Shown here in pieces: positions 49,901-64,000 of a stretch of 64,000 bases of DNA. Source of the DNA: Eledone cirrhosa (Eukaryota); the NCBI GenBank assembly GCA_964016885.1, contig OZ024743.1:59210001-59274000 (forward strand). Reading direction: 5' to 3'. Every line of letters starts with the position of its first letter. Position 1 is the stretch's first letter. The notes under the pieces are model-generated. The model was not told the DNA's origin. It searched no databases and was given only the letters and a program-made list of their open reading frames with translations. The position numbers were made by a program, and so were the translations under genes.

Positions 49901-52741
49901 ACGGGGGCCATCGTCAACAACAAGTGGTGGTTTGCTCTGAAAAGAGCGATTAGAATAGAATCCATTAGGTTTAGTAAGGCTTTAGCAATAGAGAAAAATA
50001 GAGCAGAGGGAGAACTAGTTAGAAAATTAGACGAGGCGCTTAGCAAAGGCATTGCGACCGACTTGCTTTCGGCGAAATTGGCCCTTGACCAATTCTTCAA
50101 TGCAAAGCACAAAGGCTGCGTTGTCAGAGCAAGGGTCCATGCTCTCAGACACGAGGGGACGAAAGCCGTTCAATGGGCCCGAGTAGCGGAGGGGCGTCGT
50201 GGAAACAAAGCCACGATCCGGTCTTTGGTGGACCACGACGGGCGCATGCTACTCGATCCCGGGCAAATGTGTGAAGCTTTTCAGCGACACTTCGCTCAGT
50301 TGTTCGAGGGCAGCGGTGGGCCGGGTCGAGGGATGGACTTTAGTGTCTACCTCGACGGACTGCCGCGGCTCTCGGCCACTGAGGCGAAGTGTTGCGAAAA
50401 GGCGATAACAGCCGCTGAAGTAAGGGAGGCAATGACTGGCTGCACAAGGGGTAAATCGCCTGGTTTGGATGGTCTGCCCTATGAACTTTACATACATATG
50501 CCAGACTTGTTCGGAGGCCTCTTGGCGGACGTCTACTGGCAACAGAACGGGAGAATTCCCAGTTCTGTGAGCCGAGGAGCGGTGGCACTGCTGAGAAAGG
50601 ATACGAACAAGGGGGATAACATAGATAATTTCCGGCCCATAACTCTGCTAAACACAGAGTTCAAGATTTTGGCCAAGGTGCTAGCAAAGAGGTTGGCGCT
50701 TGTCGTTGGTGGTCTGGTGGGAGAGGCGCAGACATGCGCCATTCCCGACACATCCATCCACGACAACCTCCACCTCATGCGATACATCGTAGAGAGGGTA
50801 GCTAGGGAACCTGGCACGGGTGGGTCCTTGATCAATTTAGATCAGTCGAAAGCTTTCGATATGGTCGACCATCGTTACCTAGCGGCAGTCCTGAGGGCGG
50901 CTGGCTTTGGGCCCGTCTTCAGAGGCTGGATCGCTGCCATGCACAGCGACATCTGCTCTGTGGTGAGAGTGAACGGTCACCTGTCGGAACCGTTCAACAT
51001 CATGCGCTCGGTCCGCCAAGGATGTCCCCTCTCGTCCCTCTTGTACGTATTGACTCTCGAGCCATTACTGCACAAACTGGAGACATTGAGGTGCGTCCCG
51101 CGCGAAATAGGATGCGGAAGATCCGTGTCAGCATATGCGGACGATGTCACCGTAGTGGTGTCGAACGCCAAACACATCGAGGCGATCGGCACTACACTAA
51201 GAGAATACGAAGCGGTGACAGGAGCAATGATCAGCCAGGAAAAGTCAGTGGGCCTGCAGCTCGGCACCTGGAGAGGTAGGTCCATGCCGTCCAACAGCGT
51301 CGTCGGACGCTGGACGGACGGACCGGTTAAATTGCTAGGGGTCTGGTTCGGTCCGGACATCCAGACGGACAAAAACTGGGACGAGGTGACGAGCAGGGTG
51401 GCTTCTCTCACCCAGAAATGGGCCGAGAGGAAGCTATCCCTGAAAGGTCGAGCGGAGGTGGCTAGCGCGTACATCGCGTCTGTAATCTGCTACCGCCTGA
51501 CCGTCGTACATTGTCCTAAGCCTCGCCTGACTGCGCTGGAGCGTTTGCTCTTTCGGAAGGGACGCGCTCCGATGGTCAGGCGGTCCATCTGTTGTGAACA
51601 CCCGCTACGTGGAGGGCTGGGTATGCCGTGGCTGATGATGCGCAGGCACGCGCTCAGGCTACGACATCTCCACCTCTTCCTCGACGGTGATCAGGTGTGG
51701 TCGCCGTTTACTAGACACGTATTTCCCCAGCTCGTTTCCTTGACAGAGCTGCAGTCCTGGGTGAAGCGAAGACCGAGAGGAAGTGGCTGGAGACTGGAAT
51801 GTCTTCAGGCGCTCACAGCTCTTGACCAATCGGGCAATGTGATCGGTGGAAACTTCACCTCGGCGTTCTATAGAGGATTAGTGGAGAGGAAGAGCGACGA
51901 CATACTTGGGGAAACTCTAGGCGTCGACGAAAATCAACTAGCCAATCTCTTCGGAAGAACTTTCGGGCCAGGGCCTATGGACAACTTCCAGAAATCTCTG
52001 GCCTGGCAGTGCTACCGAGGAGCCTTGCCAGTTCGGGATAAACTCTACAGGCATGGAGGTGCCGTCAGCCGGGCATGTCCGAGATGCGCGCAGGGCGACG
52101 AAACCGTCCTGCACGCACTCGTCCAGTGTCCGAAAATTGCTGACTTGTGGGTTTATGTCGAACACCTGCTGTCGCGTTTAGGACGGATCCGGCTATCATC
52201 TGAGTCCATCGTGAGGATTGCCCCGCCCTCCTCCTTTAGCCGGGAAGGGCAGGCAGTTTTTATCTGTCTGGTGGCCATGGCGAAAGAGATAGTATGGTGG
52301 ACACGTTTGAAAGGGCTGAAGACGTGCACTTACCTCTTCGGTGATGCTCTGATTGACTTTTTCAAATTTCATTTGAAAAGGAAAATCAGAGTAGCGAGGG
52401 AAGTGCTTCTCTTCCCAGCATTTTGTTGAAAGATGGGTGAGAGAAGAGAGAATGGCCCGAGTGAATGGGCCTACTCTGAGTATATATCTGTAAATTAAAG
52501 GTGCAAAACTGGGAGAGGGCACTTGCCTTGGTGGTCAGGGTCATTGTGGCCTTTTTCTGGGCTTTCTCCACAAATGTCCCTCCGAAGTCTCCCCCCCATT
52601 GGGGAATTTTTCGTTGTTATTTTTTGTTACATCTTCTGTTTTTGTTTTTTACACGCAGAAATGCCCATTTGTACCGTCCTGTATTGTCCTGCACTGTCCT
52701 TAATGTCTACTTTATGTAAACCCTTGTGGTTAATAAAGTAA

Positions 52742-52743
<2 letters not shown>
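46924..52743 (+). mobile_element. Tx1-like copy 3, full length, with divergent 5' UTR/ORF1
   Basis: ORF1 fragments 47140-49065 with CFRCGSKTHLRAFC; ORF2 49101-52493 in pieces; ATT repeats at both ends. Confidence 0.95.
49101..52493 (+). pseudogene. Tx1-like ORF2 (APE-RT) with frameshifts; longest open piece 49898-52429 (843 aa)
   Basis: Nearly identical in protein sequence to 20747-24166. Confidence 0.93.
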
Positions 52744-52814
<71 letters not shown>

Positions 52815-52818
<4 letters not shown>

Positions 52819-52934
52819 GGAAATAATGAAACGAAATTTCATTTCTCACTCTTAGTACGGCTGTTAAGTACTTATATTTAAGTAACAGCCGTACTAAGAG
52901 TGAGAAATGAAATTTCGTTTCATTTTTTCCGTTT
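52815..52934. repeat. Hairpin with 52-bp arms and 16-nt loop, in (TA)n
   Basis: Arms 52815-52866 / 52883-52934; loop plus right arm also present alone at ~35758-35823. Confidence 0.9.
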
Positions 52935-52957
52935 ATATATATATACATATATGTATA

Positions 52958-52989
<32 letters not shown>

Positions 52990-53004
52990 CAATAATAATA
53001 ATAA

Positions 53005-53388
53005 TTGTTTCTACTTTAGGGACAAGGCCAGCAATTATCCCAGTGTATTACTGGTACTTTATTTTATCGACTCCGTAAGGATGAAAGGCAAAGTTAACCT
53101 CGGCGGGATTTGAACTCAGATGATAAAGGGCCGTAACTCTGTGCATCAAAGCATGGCGTCCGACTCTCTACCGATACGTCCAATACCATGCGTAACGCAA
53201 ACATGTACTGCGAGATGAACAAATAAAAATTAATACACAATACCAAATCGCTTTTCCTATGGTTAATCAGGAAGCGCGTCCTTCAGGAAGGTGCCAACCT
53301 GAGATCGAAAAGTCCTCCTCTGGCACAAACTCTTCTCCAATTATGGACCTGGATGGTCACTTGATCGGGGATTGCTCCAATTCGAGCC
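53005..53388. mobile_element. SINE family 1 (minus, 53005-53176) fused to the 5' end of Dong family C (plus, 53177-53388)
   Basis: Reverse-complement homolog of 46325-46710; both encode MVNQEARPSGRCQPEIEKSS. Confidence 0.9.
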
Positions 53389-53413
53389 ATCAATCATCTG
53401 ATGGAAGGTATAC

Positions 53414-53452
53414 GGTGCTGACGATAGCTAATAAGCTTGAAACTAGTACATC
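53414..53452 (+). ncRNA. Minimal type I hammerhead ribozyme
   Basis: ggtg-CTGACGA-t-agct/aata/agct-t-GAAAC-ta-GTA-catc; palindromic ACTAGT stem III; downstream sequence shared with 35575-35670. Confidence 0.7.
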
Positions 53453-54539
53453 ATTCCTTTGTCTGTGTTGAACAAAAAGGGCAACGATGTTTGCTAAACA
53501 CTGTACGTCTTAATTCGGGATGTTTGTTTACAAGCACACCGAGCATTATAATAAATGTTCGGTGAATCCATACGTACATATATATATATATGTGTTCATG
53601 TATGCATATATATATGTATGTACGTATATATACTTATATATACATATATTAAAAAGTGGGTTTTTTTTACAAAATGAAAAAAAACGTGATGTTCTACACG
53701 AGTCAATATATTGTATTTTGTACTGACATTTGAGAAGTAATTCGTGATAGACATGTAATGTGCATCCTTGAAGTTGCCACTACCTTAATAATACTGTCTA
53801 AACAGTTTCATGGCACTCTAATCTTATGTATAAAGCTAATCCAAGTTGTAATATGTACCACGTATAGGCCAGCAGACCCCTCAAATCGCGAGGATAAATT
53901 AGAAGTTAGCCGCCAAAATTTAAAGGGATTGCTACCCATCTGCATCAAACCTATGTATATTTTATTCCTTCTGGAGAACTTATCAAATGTCAAATGACCT
54001 GAACTCACACTTTACTCAAGTTGTTCACGGAACAAGTGTTACTCCAAGCAACCAGACAGAGGACTTTTTGTATCGTTACAAATATTGTTCAGCTCATCCT
54101 CAATGTAAAAGTGACATCAACGATTTTCTCGGCTCATAGCAATGTAACGTAATATGGTCCCTGTAAGAGTGTGAATACACAACTTACAAAAATAATTATT
54201 CCGCCTTACGTTTTACAAAACTAACGCTAGTTCTTTCACAAAAAGATTCTGAAACACTAATGGAATGACAGTCTATGCAGGAAATTGATATGAAACGAAT
54301 GCATTTCACGACAACAATGCAAGTCATATACATGAAACTGTTTCGAGAGCGGAAGGCCATTAAACACAAAATATGATTTCTAGAGATAGAAAACTCCTTA
54401 TGAAACGAAGAAATAAGATCTAAAAATTGGAGACCCGTCGCTCTGACTTGAGATATCAAAGTTGTCAGAAAGAAACTAATTCTGTTCCTAGATAAAAATA
54501 GCTGGATAATTAACACCTAGAGCAGGTTCCATCTACGAC

Positions 54540-55100
54540 AAAGCTGCATCACACAGCTTTTACAGCATAATGGCCATGAATAGCAGCTAAACCACTCAAT
54601 CATTGATGACATATATCGATCTGGAAAAAACATTCCATATAGTTTATCATGAACGGTCAAACAAAATCTTCACTGAGAACACAATGATGCTTGCCTTCTA
54701 AGCACCCTACTCTACTCTAGTGAAATATGGTCCACATACTTCGTCAAAGAGAGTATAATAAACAATTTCCGTCTCCGTTGCCTCAAACGCATTCTTGGAA
54801 TGCATTGGAAGGAGAGACTCCGTATTACTGTAGTGATTGAGCGAGCAAGCTTGCCAAATGTCTTCGCCTTTCTTACCCAACACACCCTTCGCTGGTCTGC
54901 ACTGTACAACGAATTATGAGTGAGATCTAGGTATCTAGACTGTCCCGGCTGAAATTTAAAGTTGAATTCAAACAAGACGATTAGGAGAAATGAGCAACGC
55001 GCAATTCAGGGTCTGTAAAGCAAATAGAAACCACCTATATCTGTTCTTCGTGCAGTAGGAAGTGCACTTCAACGGCGACCTACACAGCTACAGCAGGAAA
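54540..55100 (+). pseudogene. RTE-clade LINE 3' fragment, highly decayed
   Basis: Manual translation LLSTLLYSSEIWST...FRLRCLKRILGMHW...RASLP...LRW and terminal YICSSCSRKC. Confidence 0.75.
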
Positions 55101-55139
55101 TACAACACCCGCTAGTTATTAAATCTCTCTATATATATG

Positions 55140-55177
<38 letters not shown>

Positions 55178-55182
55178 TATAT

Positions 55183-55560
55183 TAGAATTGGCGCTCTGAA
55201 ATAGCGATATAAATATGAACGTATATATAGTGTATTTTGCAATACACTGTATGCTTAATTAAAAGCAGTTCGAAGATGATACGCTATTGTTTTAGAGTAG
55301 TGACAGTCTCACTTACTTTAAATTTTCAGCAAACAGGGGAGATAAAGCTGACAGAGCTATGTTTCGTACTGATTGGTACTTATCAAAGCCAAGTAGACCA
55401 CCTGTTTGCTAAAAATCGTGAATGTTTGATTCTTATAGAATTTCTAGTAATAATCAGGAACTGATTATACAGAGCGGTTGCCGGTCAAGCAGAAATTGAA
55501 AATAGAATTGGAGCTCTGAAATAGAGATATATAGGCATACAGTTTATTGCAAAATACACT
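55183..55560 (-). mobile_element. Older copy of the ~316-bp hammerhead tandem unit (about 1.2 units)
   Basis: gctctgaaatag repeats at ~55192 and ~55513; minus strand TTGATAA-gtac/caatca/gtac-GAAAC...GTC. Confidence 0.7.
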
Positions 55561-55569
55561 ATATATACA

Positions 55570-55744
<175 letters not shown>

Positions 55745-55804
55745 CAATATCGGTTTCAACACACGTTTTCAGATAAAGAATCTTGCTAAACAAATTCAGA
55801 AACG

Positions 55805-55865
<61 letters not shown>

Positions 55866-55877
55866 CATATATATATG

Positions 55878-56122
55878 TCAGCATGGCTTGGCAAGATATT
55901 TAGAACGCTGGTTTGAGACCTTTATTTCCCTCTGAAGAAGAAATATTATCTCGAAAATTAAGGACATTTAAATAAATCTAAGGTAAAGGACGAATTGTTA
56001 ACAATATCTTTTACAATTGCATCCTTTTTTCTATGTCCATAGCTGCATTGTTTTGGCTTTATTACACATATTCAAACGTTTATACCTCATTACACAATGC
56101 TTCAAGTGAACTATAACCTCCT

Positions 56123-56124
<2 letters not shown>
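55878..56124 (+). mobile_element. Solo Penelope-like pLTR piece with hammerhead motif (55927-55964)
   Basis: Near-identical to 1585-1830; flanked by (TA)n. Confidence 0.75.
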
Positions 56125-56194
<70 letters not shown>

Positions 56195-56227
56195 TAATAT
56201 CTATATATATATATTAATATATATATA

Positions 56228-56291
<64 letters not shown>

Positions 56292-56333
56292 TATTAATAT
56301 CTATATATATATATATATATTAATATATATATA

Positions 56334-56421
<88 letters not shown>

Positions 56422-56433
56422 TATATATATATA

Positions 56434-56469
<36 letters not shown>

Positions 56470-56515
56470 TATATATATATATTAATATATATATATATAT
56501 TAATATATATATATA

Positions 56516-56593
<78 letters not shown>

Positions 56594-56689
56594 TATATGT
56601 ATATATATATATTAATATATATATATATATTAATATAAATATATATATATTTTAATATATATATATATATATATGTTAATATATATATA

Positions 56690-56752
<63 letters not shown>
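56125..56752. repeat. Long interrupted (TA)n tract
   Basis: Direct reading, punctuated by ttaa. Confidence 0.97.
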
Positions 56753-56755
<3 letters not shown>

Positions 56756-56757
56756 TT

Positions 56758-57413
56758 ATATTTATTAAAATAACAGATTAAAGTTTAAGCAAAGAATCGC
56801 CGATTTCAGCCTTAACGGGATCTTCTGAAACTAAAAAAGTCAATCTGTGAACGCAGAAGTAAATATTTCAAAAAACTTTGCAGCCGAAGAAAGACAGGAA
56901 GACGATACTTTGGTTCGTTGAAACGCTCCCCGGCAAAGAACGGAAAAAAACGAAGATAATACGTCATTATTTGGTGCAAGAAAACAATTACACGCGAAGA
57001 CAAAACCACGTTTATAATATAAATGAAGTCGTAAACTAATATTCAATTAGGTGGTTGATGAAGACGTTCTCTAGCAATGAAAGGAAAAAAAACGAAGATA
57101 ATACGTCACTATTTGGATTAATGAGAACATTTACTTCGTTTTTTCCGTTCATTGCCAGAAAACGTCTCCATGAACCAACGTATCGTCTTCCTGTCTTCCT
57201 TTCGTTGCAACTCTTTTTGAAATATTTACTTCTGCGTTCACAGACTGACTTTTGTAGTTTCAGAAGATCCCGTTAAGGGTGAAAGCAGCGATTCTTTGCT
57301 TAAAATTTAATCTGTTATTTTAATAAATACTTGCTCTACCGTTCTTATATATCTGATATATATTTATCCTTATTTAGCACTCTTTGGATTCTCGTCTTCA
57401 AATTTATTATTGT

Positions 57414-57420
<7 letters not shown>
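56758..57420. repeat. Inverted repeat element (arms ~56758-56955 / ~57135-57329); third copy inverted at 58665-58872
   Basis: Mirror ORFs 56812-57009(-) and 57055-57276(+) ending LLLRSQ.DF.SFRRSR. Confidence 0.85.
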
Positions 57421-57501
<81 letters not shown>

Positions 57502-57702
57502 GTGGGATTTTTTTTACAAAATGAAAAATAACCTAGGTGTCCTACACGAATGAATGTACTAAGAAAAAAAGATGAAATCGAAAATGCAAATGGAGTCTTA
57601 TTTAAAAAAAAAAGTATATATTTATTTGGTTCCTTTACCGGTTTCGAAGTTCTGCTTTTCAAAAGAAGAGTTGAGATGGAGGGGTCTGTGGTTTTTCTCA
57701 CA

Positions 57703-57757
<55 letters not shown>

Positions 57758-57779
57758 ATATATAAATATATATATATAC

Positions 57780-58484
<705 letters not shown>

Positions 58485-59258
58485 AGAATAGGAATTATTG
58501 TATTCCACAGTTCCCAGTAATATTAGCTCAAAGAAGAACAGAGAATTTTTAACTGAGCTCAAATAAAAATATATTACACAGAGATAATAATTCTTAAGAC
58601 GTAATAATTATTTACACACATCTCACTGAGTAACACACTTCTCTCTGTATAATATATATATAAATATAGTAATAATAATAAATTTGAAGACTAAAATCCA
58701 AAGAGGGCTCGATAAGGATAAATATATATCTCAGATATATAAGAACCGTCGACCAAATATTTATTCAAATAACAGATTAATGTTTAAGCAAAAAATCGCT
58801 GCTTTCACCCATAACGGGATCTACTGCAACTAAAAAAGTCAATCTGTGAACGCAGAAGTAAACATTTCAAAAAACATATATATATATATATATATGTGTG
58901 TGATAAAGAACACAAGAGCGTCTACAACATCAACAGATTTTTATTGGTTTACAATGTTTCTTCCTTACGTAACCGTAGGTTTCGTCAGAGCTATAAAAGG
59001 GGTTTGATTGGTGTTATGGACTCTACCAACCAAACATTCAAGAACAAAGAGTAAAGAGAGTAAAGAGTAAAAGCAGGGGACGATAAGTCTAATTTTGATG
59101 CGGGAGGGTGGGGTTTGGGTCCTTGTTTACTAGCTGTGGTCATATTCATTCCCGGAAGTCGAGTGGTTAGTTGAGCCATAGATGGGGTGGCGTGGATAGT
59201 AGGGTGCAGAGGGTGTGCAGAGGCTACACACACGCAAAAGGCATACAATATATATATA

Positions 59259-59432
59259 ATTGTTTCTACTTTAGGCGCAAAGCCAGCAATTACCCAGTGC
59301 ATTACTGGTACTTTATTTTATCGACCCCGCAAGGATGAAAGGCAAAGTCAACCTCGGCGGGATTTGAACTCACATCGTAAAGGACGTAACTATGCTAGAA
59401 AGCATGGCATCCGACCCTCTACTGATACTGCC
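59259..59432 (-). mobile_element. SINE family 1 inserted in the left arm
   Basis: Present in the left arm only. Confidence 0.88.
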
Positions 59433-61189
59433 AGAGTAATAATAATAATCTATAATTAATAATGTATAATAAGGCATGGGGAAGATTACACTATAATAAG
59501 GTATAAAAGTAAGAACAAGGTAAAATATAAAGGAGGATAAAAGTGAAAATAAGAATAAAGATAAAAAATATATATAAAAAAATATATAGAGAATATATAA
59601 AGAAATATAAGCAAGTATTAGGAGGGGAAAACACAATCTAAAAAAGCCGATTTTTTCAAACAAAAATATTATAAATATAGGGGGAGAAAACGGGATAGAG
59701 AAATATAATCAAATGTGATTTTTTGAGAGAATATAAGATGATAATAGTTATTTCAAATTTATACATCCTAATAATAAACAATCTGTATATCAGAGTTACA
59801 CATCCTTCAATTCACCTGCAGGTTCAAGCCACGTGGCATAGTCCATTGTTCATCCGTGCGGTCATGTGCGTTTGTTTTTGACACCACAGCAGATGCACAA
59901 GTTCGGACACACATACACATAAAGAAACTGCTGACCTAAACGTACCTGTCATGCCTGTCTGAATTCCTAAGAGAATTCTCGGTCAGTTACTATCTTGACC
60001 GATTACCCTCACAATTACTACGTAGCGGTTCTTGCACGTGACTGCTGGACCCGGATGAAACGAAGACGAAGAATTTCATTGCGTACCGTTTTGCACCACA
60101 GATGCGATCTCACTCTGCCTCGTTAATGTTCAATCGACACCAAAGTTCTACGTTCGGGGCAATAGAATTGAATCCAACCACCGACAACATAGTTGGATGA
60201 CCGATAATCACACCAAACCGGAGTACTGTGATCCTTGTGATTTCGAGATATACAACCACTGACACTGTTACGAAGACCAGAAAACCATACTCCATAATAT
60301 TGAACCAAGTGATTGATTTGCGCGACCAAAATAACACCACACACATATTGAACTAGGAATATTGGATCCTCCGTCAATGTCTGGGTGAGCAAAAATAGAT
60401 TTCTATCTGCATTGGAATTTACGAACTTGTGCATCTGCTGTGGTGTCAAAAACAAACGCACATGACCGCACGGATGAACAATGGATTATGCCACGTGGCT
60501 TGAACCTGCAGGTGAATTGAAGGATGTGTAACTCTGATGTACAGATTGTTTATTATTAGGATGTATAAATTTGACATAACTATTATCATCTTATATTCTC
60601 TCAAATAATCACATTTGATTATATTTCTCTATCCCGTTTTCTCCCCCTATATTTATAATATTTTTGTTTGAAAAGATCGGTTTTTTTTACATTGTGTTTT
60701 CCCCTCCTAATACTTGCTTATATTTCTTTATATATTCTCTACATATTTTTTTATATATATTTTTTATCTTTATTCTTATTTTCAGTTTTATCCTCCTTTA
60801 TATTTTACCTTATTCTTACTTTTATACCTTATTATAGTGTAATCTTTCCCATGCCTTATTATACATTATTAATTATAGATTATTATTATTACTCTTTTTC
60901 CATTTCTAATTACCTCCCCCATTTTATATATATTGTATGCCTTTTGTGTGTGTGTAGCCTCTGCACACCCTCTACACCCTACTATCGACGCCAACCCATC
61001 TATGGCTCAACTAACCACTCGACTCCCGGGAATGAATATGACCACAGCTAGTAAACAAGGACCCAAACCCCACCCTCCCGCACCAAAATTAGACTTATCG
61101 TCCCCTGCTTTTGCTCATTACTCTCTTTACTCTTTGTTCTTGAATGTTTGGTTGGTAGAGTCCATAACACCAATCAAACCCCTTTTATA

Positions 61190-61234
61190 GCTCTGACGAA
61201 TCCTACGGTTACGTAAGGAAGAAACATTGTAAGC
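61190..61234 (+). ncRNA. Type I hammerhead ribozyme (mirror copy 58947-58991 on minus)
   Basis: gct-CTGACGA-a-tcctacg/gtta/cgtaagga-a-GAAAC-att-GTA-agc. Confidence 0.65.
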
Positions 61235-61376
61235 CAATAAAAATATTTTGATGTTGTAGACGCTCTTGTGTTCTTTATCATATATACGGCTCTGCCCTAA
61301 AGCATAAAGCTAATTATTATGCTGCCAATACCTTAATGGGACACGGGTATACAATACCTAACTCCTATTAACCTAA

Positions 61377-61439
<63 letters not shown>

Positions 61440-61679
61440 AGAACGGAAAAACAATGATGCATCTGAATTCAATTTATTGTGTTACAATTGTTTCGTCGGC
61501 GGACAGCTCGAGACGCGATCATTGTGTGGATCTTTCTGATTCTTGGCCCGCAGGTTCGACGGACACGTCTAATCATTTCGGAGCATATTCTTCCACTAGG
61601 GTATCTGACCCTGTGGGCCAGTACTTTCAAAAACCTCATCCTCTTCGTGCGTCCAATGATTGTCTTCTTGTTGGCTACG

Positions 61680-62378
<699 letters not shown>

Positions 62379-62379
62379 A

Positions 62380-62950
62380 CAACCCAACGCAGGAAGTTAA
62401 TGAGTGGCGGAGGAGAGACCACCGTGTCGGAAGAACATCACCCAGAGAATCAGGAGAGGGCTGTGGCAGATCAAGTGCCAGGCATCCGAAACGAACAATA
62501 TAACGATAGAACCTGCAACCGCAGAGCAGGCACACAGTGCCCATTGCAGGGAAGATGCCTAAAGAAGGGCCTGGTATATAAATATGTGGTTAGCACGCAC
62601 AATATAAAGTGCACCTACACCGGCGTAACATCCACGATCTTCAAATTGTGGATGTATAACCTCACGAATTATTTCAGGAACTGGAGCAAGAGGCACTCTA
62701 CTAGGCTGGTGGACCTAGTGTGGGACTTGAAAGACAAAAGCACCCCGTATGCCCTTAATTGGAGTATCGTTCGGCACGCGAGTGCTTATTTAGCTGGAAA
62801 TGGAAAGTGAAGCCTATGCCTATCCGAAGCCATGGAGATATTCAGACTGAAGGATGATGCGGTCAACCTGAAATCAGAAATAATCATGACGTGCAGACAC
62901 CAGAGAAGGTGAACACTCTCCGCATGGAATCCACCGGGCAGCCCAAGCTA
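62380..62950 (+). pseudogene. Penelope-like GIY-YIG endonuclease fragment
   Basis: CNRRAGTQCPLQGRCL..GLVYK...YTGVT..FK..STRL...W.LK...WSIV..A.AY, then LCLSE and NLKSEIIMTCRH. Confidence 0.85.
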
Positions 62951-63783
62951 AAAGCAGGTGGCGCAGTGCACGCCGACCAAAGCGGCGAAACGAGTCAAGA
63001 GATGAGACACCATACACCGTTGACCATATATACCCCGTGGGGTAAGCCGAAGTAACCGAGGATGCCCACCCGACTCTGTACGTCACCCTAGGCAAGAACA
63101 TCACCTGAGCCGGAACAGGTTGACCCGGATTCCATTGATATTCAGTCAAATGCCTTACACCAATAGGACACTATACCTCAACCACAGTGACATACTCCAG
63201 TATGGCCGGTCCACGCACCACATTGCCGGTGTATCTTTTCAATAGAGAGTGCACCCCCCCCCCACGTATTCCTTTTTGTAACACCTAACGCATTTTCCGT
63301 ATGCAGATCCACGTGTGTTTATCATACTTATCTTGTGTACTACCTCATATACATACACGTTCCTTCTGTTTTTTATATATATTCTGTACGCATTTTCTGT
63401 GTACGGTCTGAGAATACTATGTACTGTAAGACTATGAACGCCCATTATGTGGCCTTGCGTGAAGATTCCATACGTGGATTGATCCATGGTCGCAACGTAA
63501 CATCTCTGTAGACACACATCTGGGCGCACCCTTTCATGTATAGAACACTGTGTATCTCTATGTGCCGTTATATGTATATTTTTTATATTTTTAATATATA
63601 TCATATTTTTAATATATCTTATATTTTATATTTTTTTAATATATATGTATATGCGTGTATGTAAGTATATGTGTGTATGTATGCATTTGTTATGTGTACA
63701 TGTTTATAACAAGATGCATCCTTTCATGTACGGCCCATTGTGTATCTTTGTATGATGAGTGTGTATATTCTGCGTATATATAT

Positions 63784-63845
<62 letters not shown>

Positions 63846-64000
63846 GTATATATATATATAATATATATATGTATATATATATTAAGACAGGGGGGAAGAA
63901 AAAAATGGCTTCACTTGTGCTTTCAACAAATTTTTTTTTTCACAAAATCCCAAAATAATTTTTTTCCGGATTAGGTTTTTTTATAAATTAAGTTGTTGGT

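Larger units (their letters stand above)
58900..61282. mobile_element. Element with ~0.85-kb inverted arms (58900-59906 / 60422-61282), each with a hammerhead; inverted-pLTR Penelope-like
   Basis: Mirror ORFs 58991-59302(-) vs 60933-61190(+) and 59370-59663(-) vs 60668-61051(+). Confidence 0.8.

Noticed and set aside
53285-53335. HDV-like ribozyme around cctcctctgg in the Dong C 5' region
   Set aside because: No P1.1 GG, P4 or J4/2 could be placed; it lies within the ORF start.
53808-54170. Minus-strand host exon after ctcttacag
   Set aside because: All three frames hit stops shortly after the acceptor.

Overview
Eukaryotic, AT-rich, microsatellite-saturated DNA made almost entirely of transposable elements. 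Octopus/cephalopod origin is an inference from SINE style and repeat content, not something the sequence proves. There are no prokaryotic genes, CRISPR arrays or rRNA. The central feature (~7.9-33.4 kb and ~43.8-53.4 kb) is a nested train of retroelements that meet at (TAA)n/(ATT)n tracts. It contains three copies of a Tx1-like (L1 clade, APE+RT) LINE on the ATT strand, one with an intact 1139-aa ORF2; three R4/Dong-like RT+RLE LINE families on the TAA strand; and an ATT-tailed tRNA-derived SINE. A second guild sits in (TA)n tracts: Penelope-like GIY-YIG fragments, pseudo-LTR-like pieces, fold-back palindromes and a 316-nt tandem unit. Many of these carry type I hammerhead ribozyme motifs and look like retrozymes. 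Also present are an internally deleted Chapaev3-like DNA transposon with TIRs and a TAA TSD, an RTE fragment, and three tentative host exons near 6.3-7.0 kb. All identities and RNA folds were judged by eye; no searches were run.
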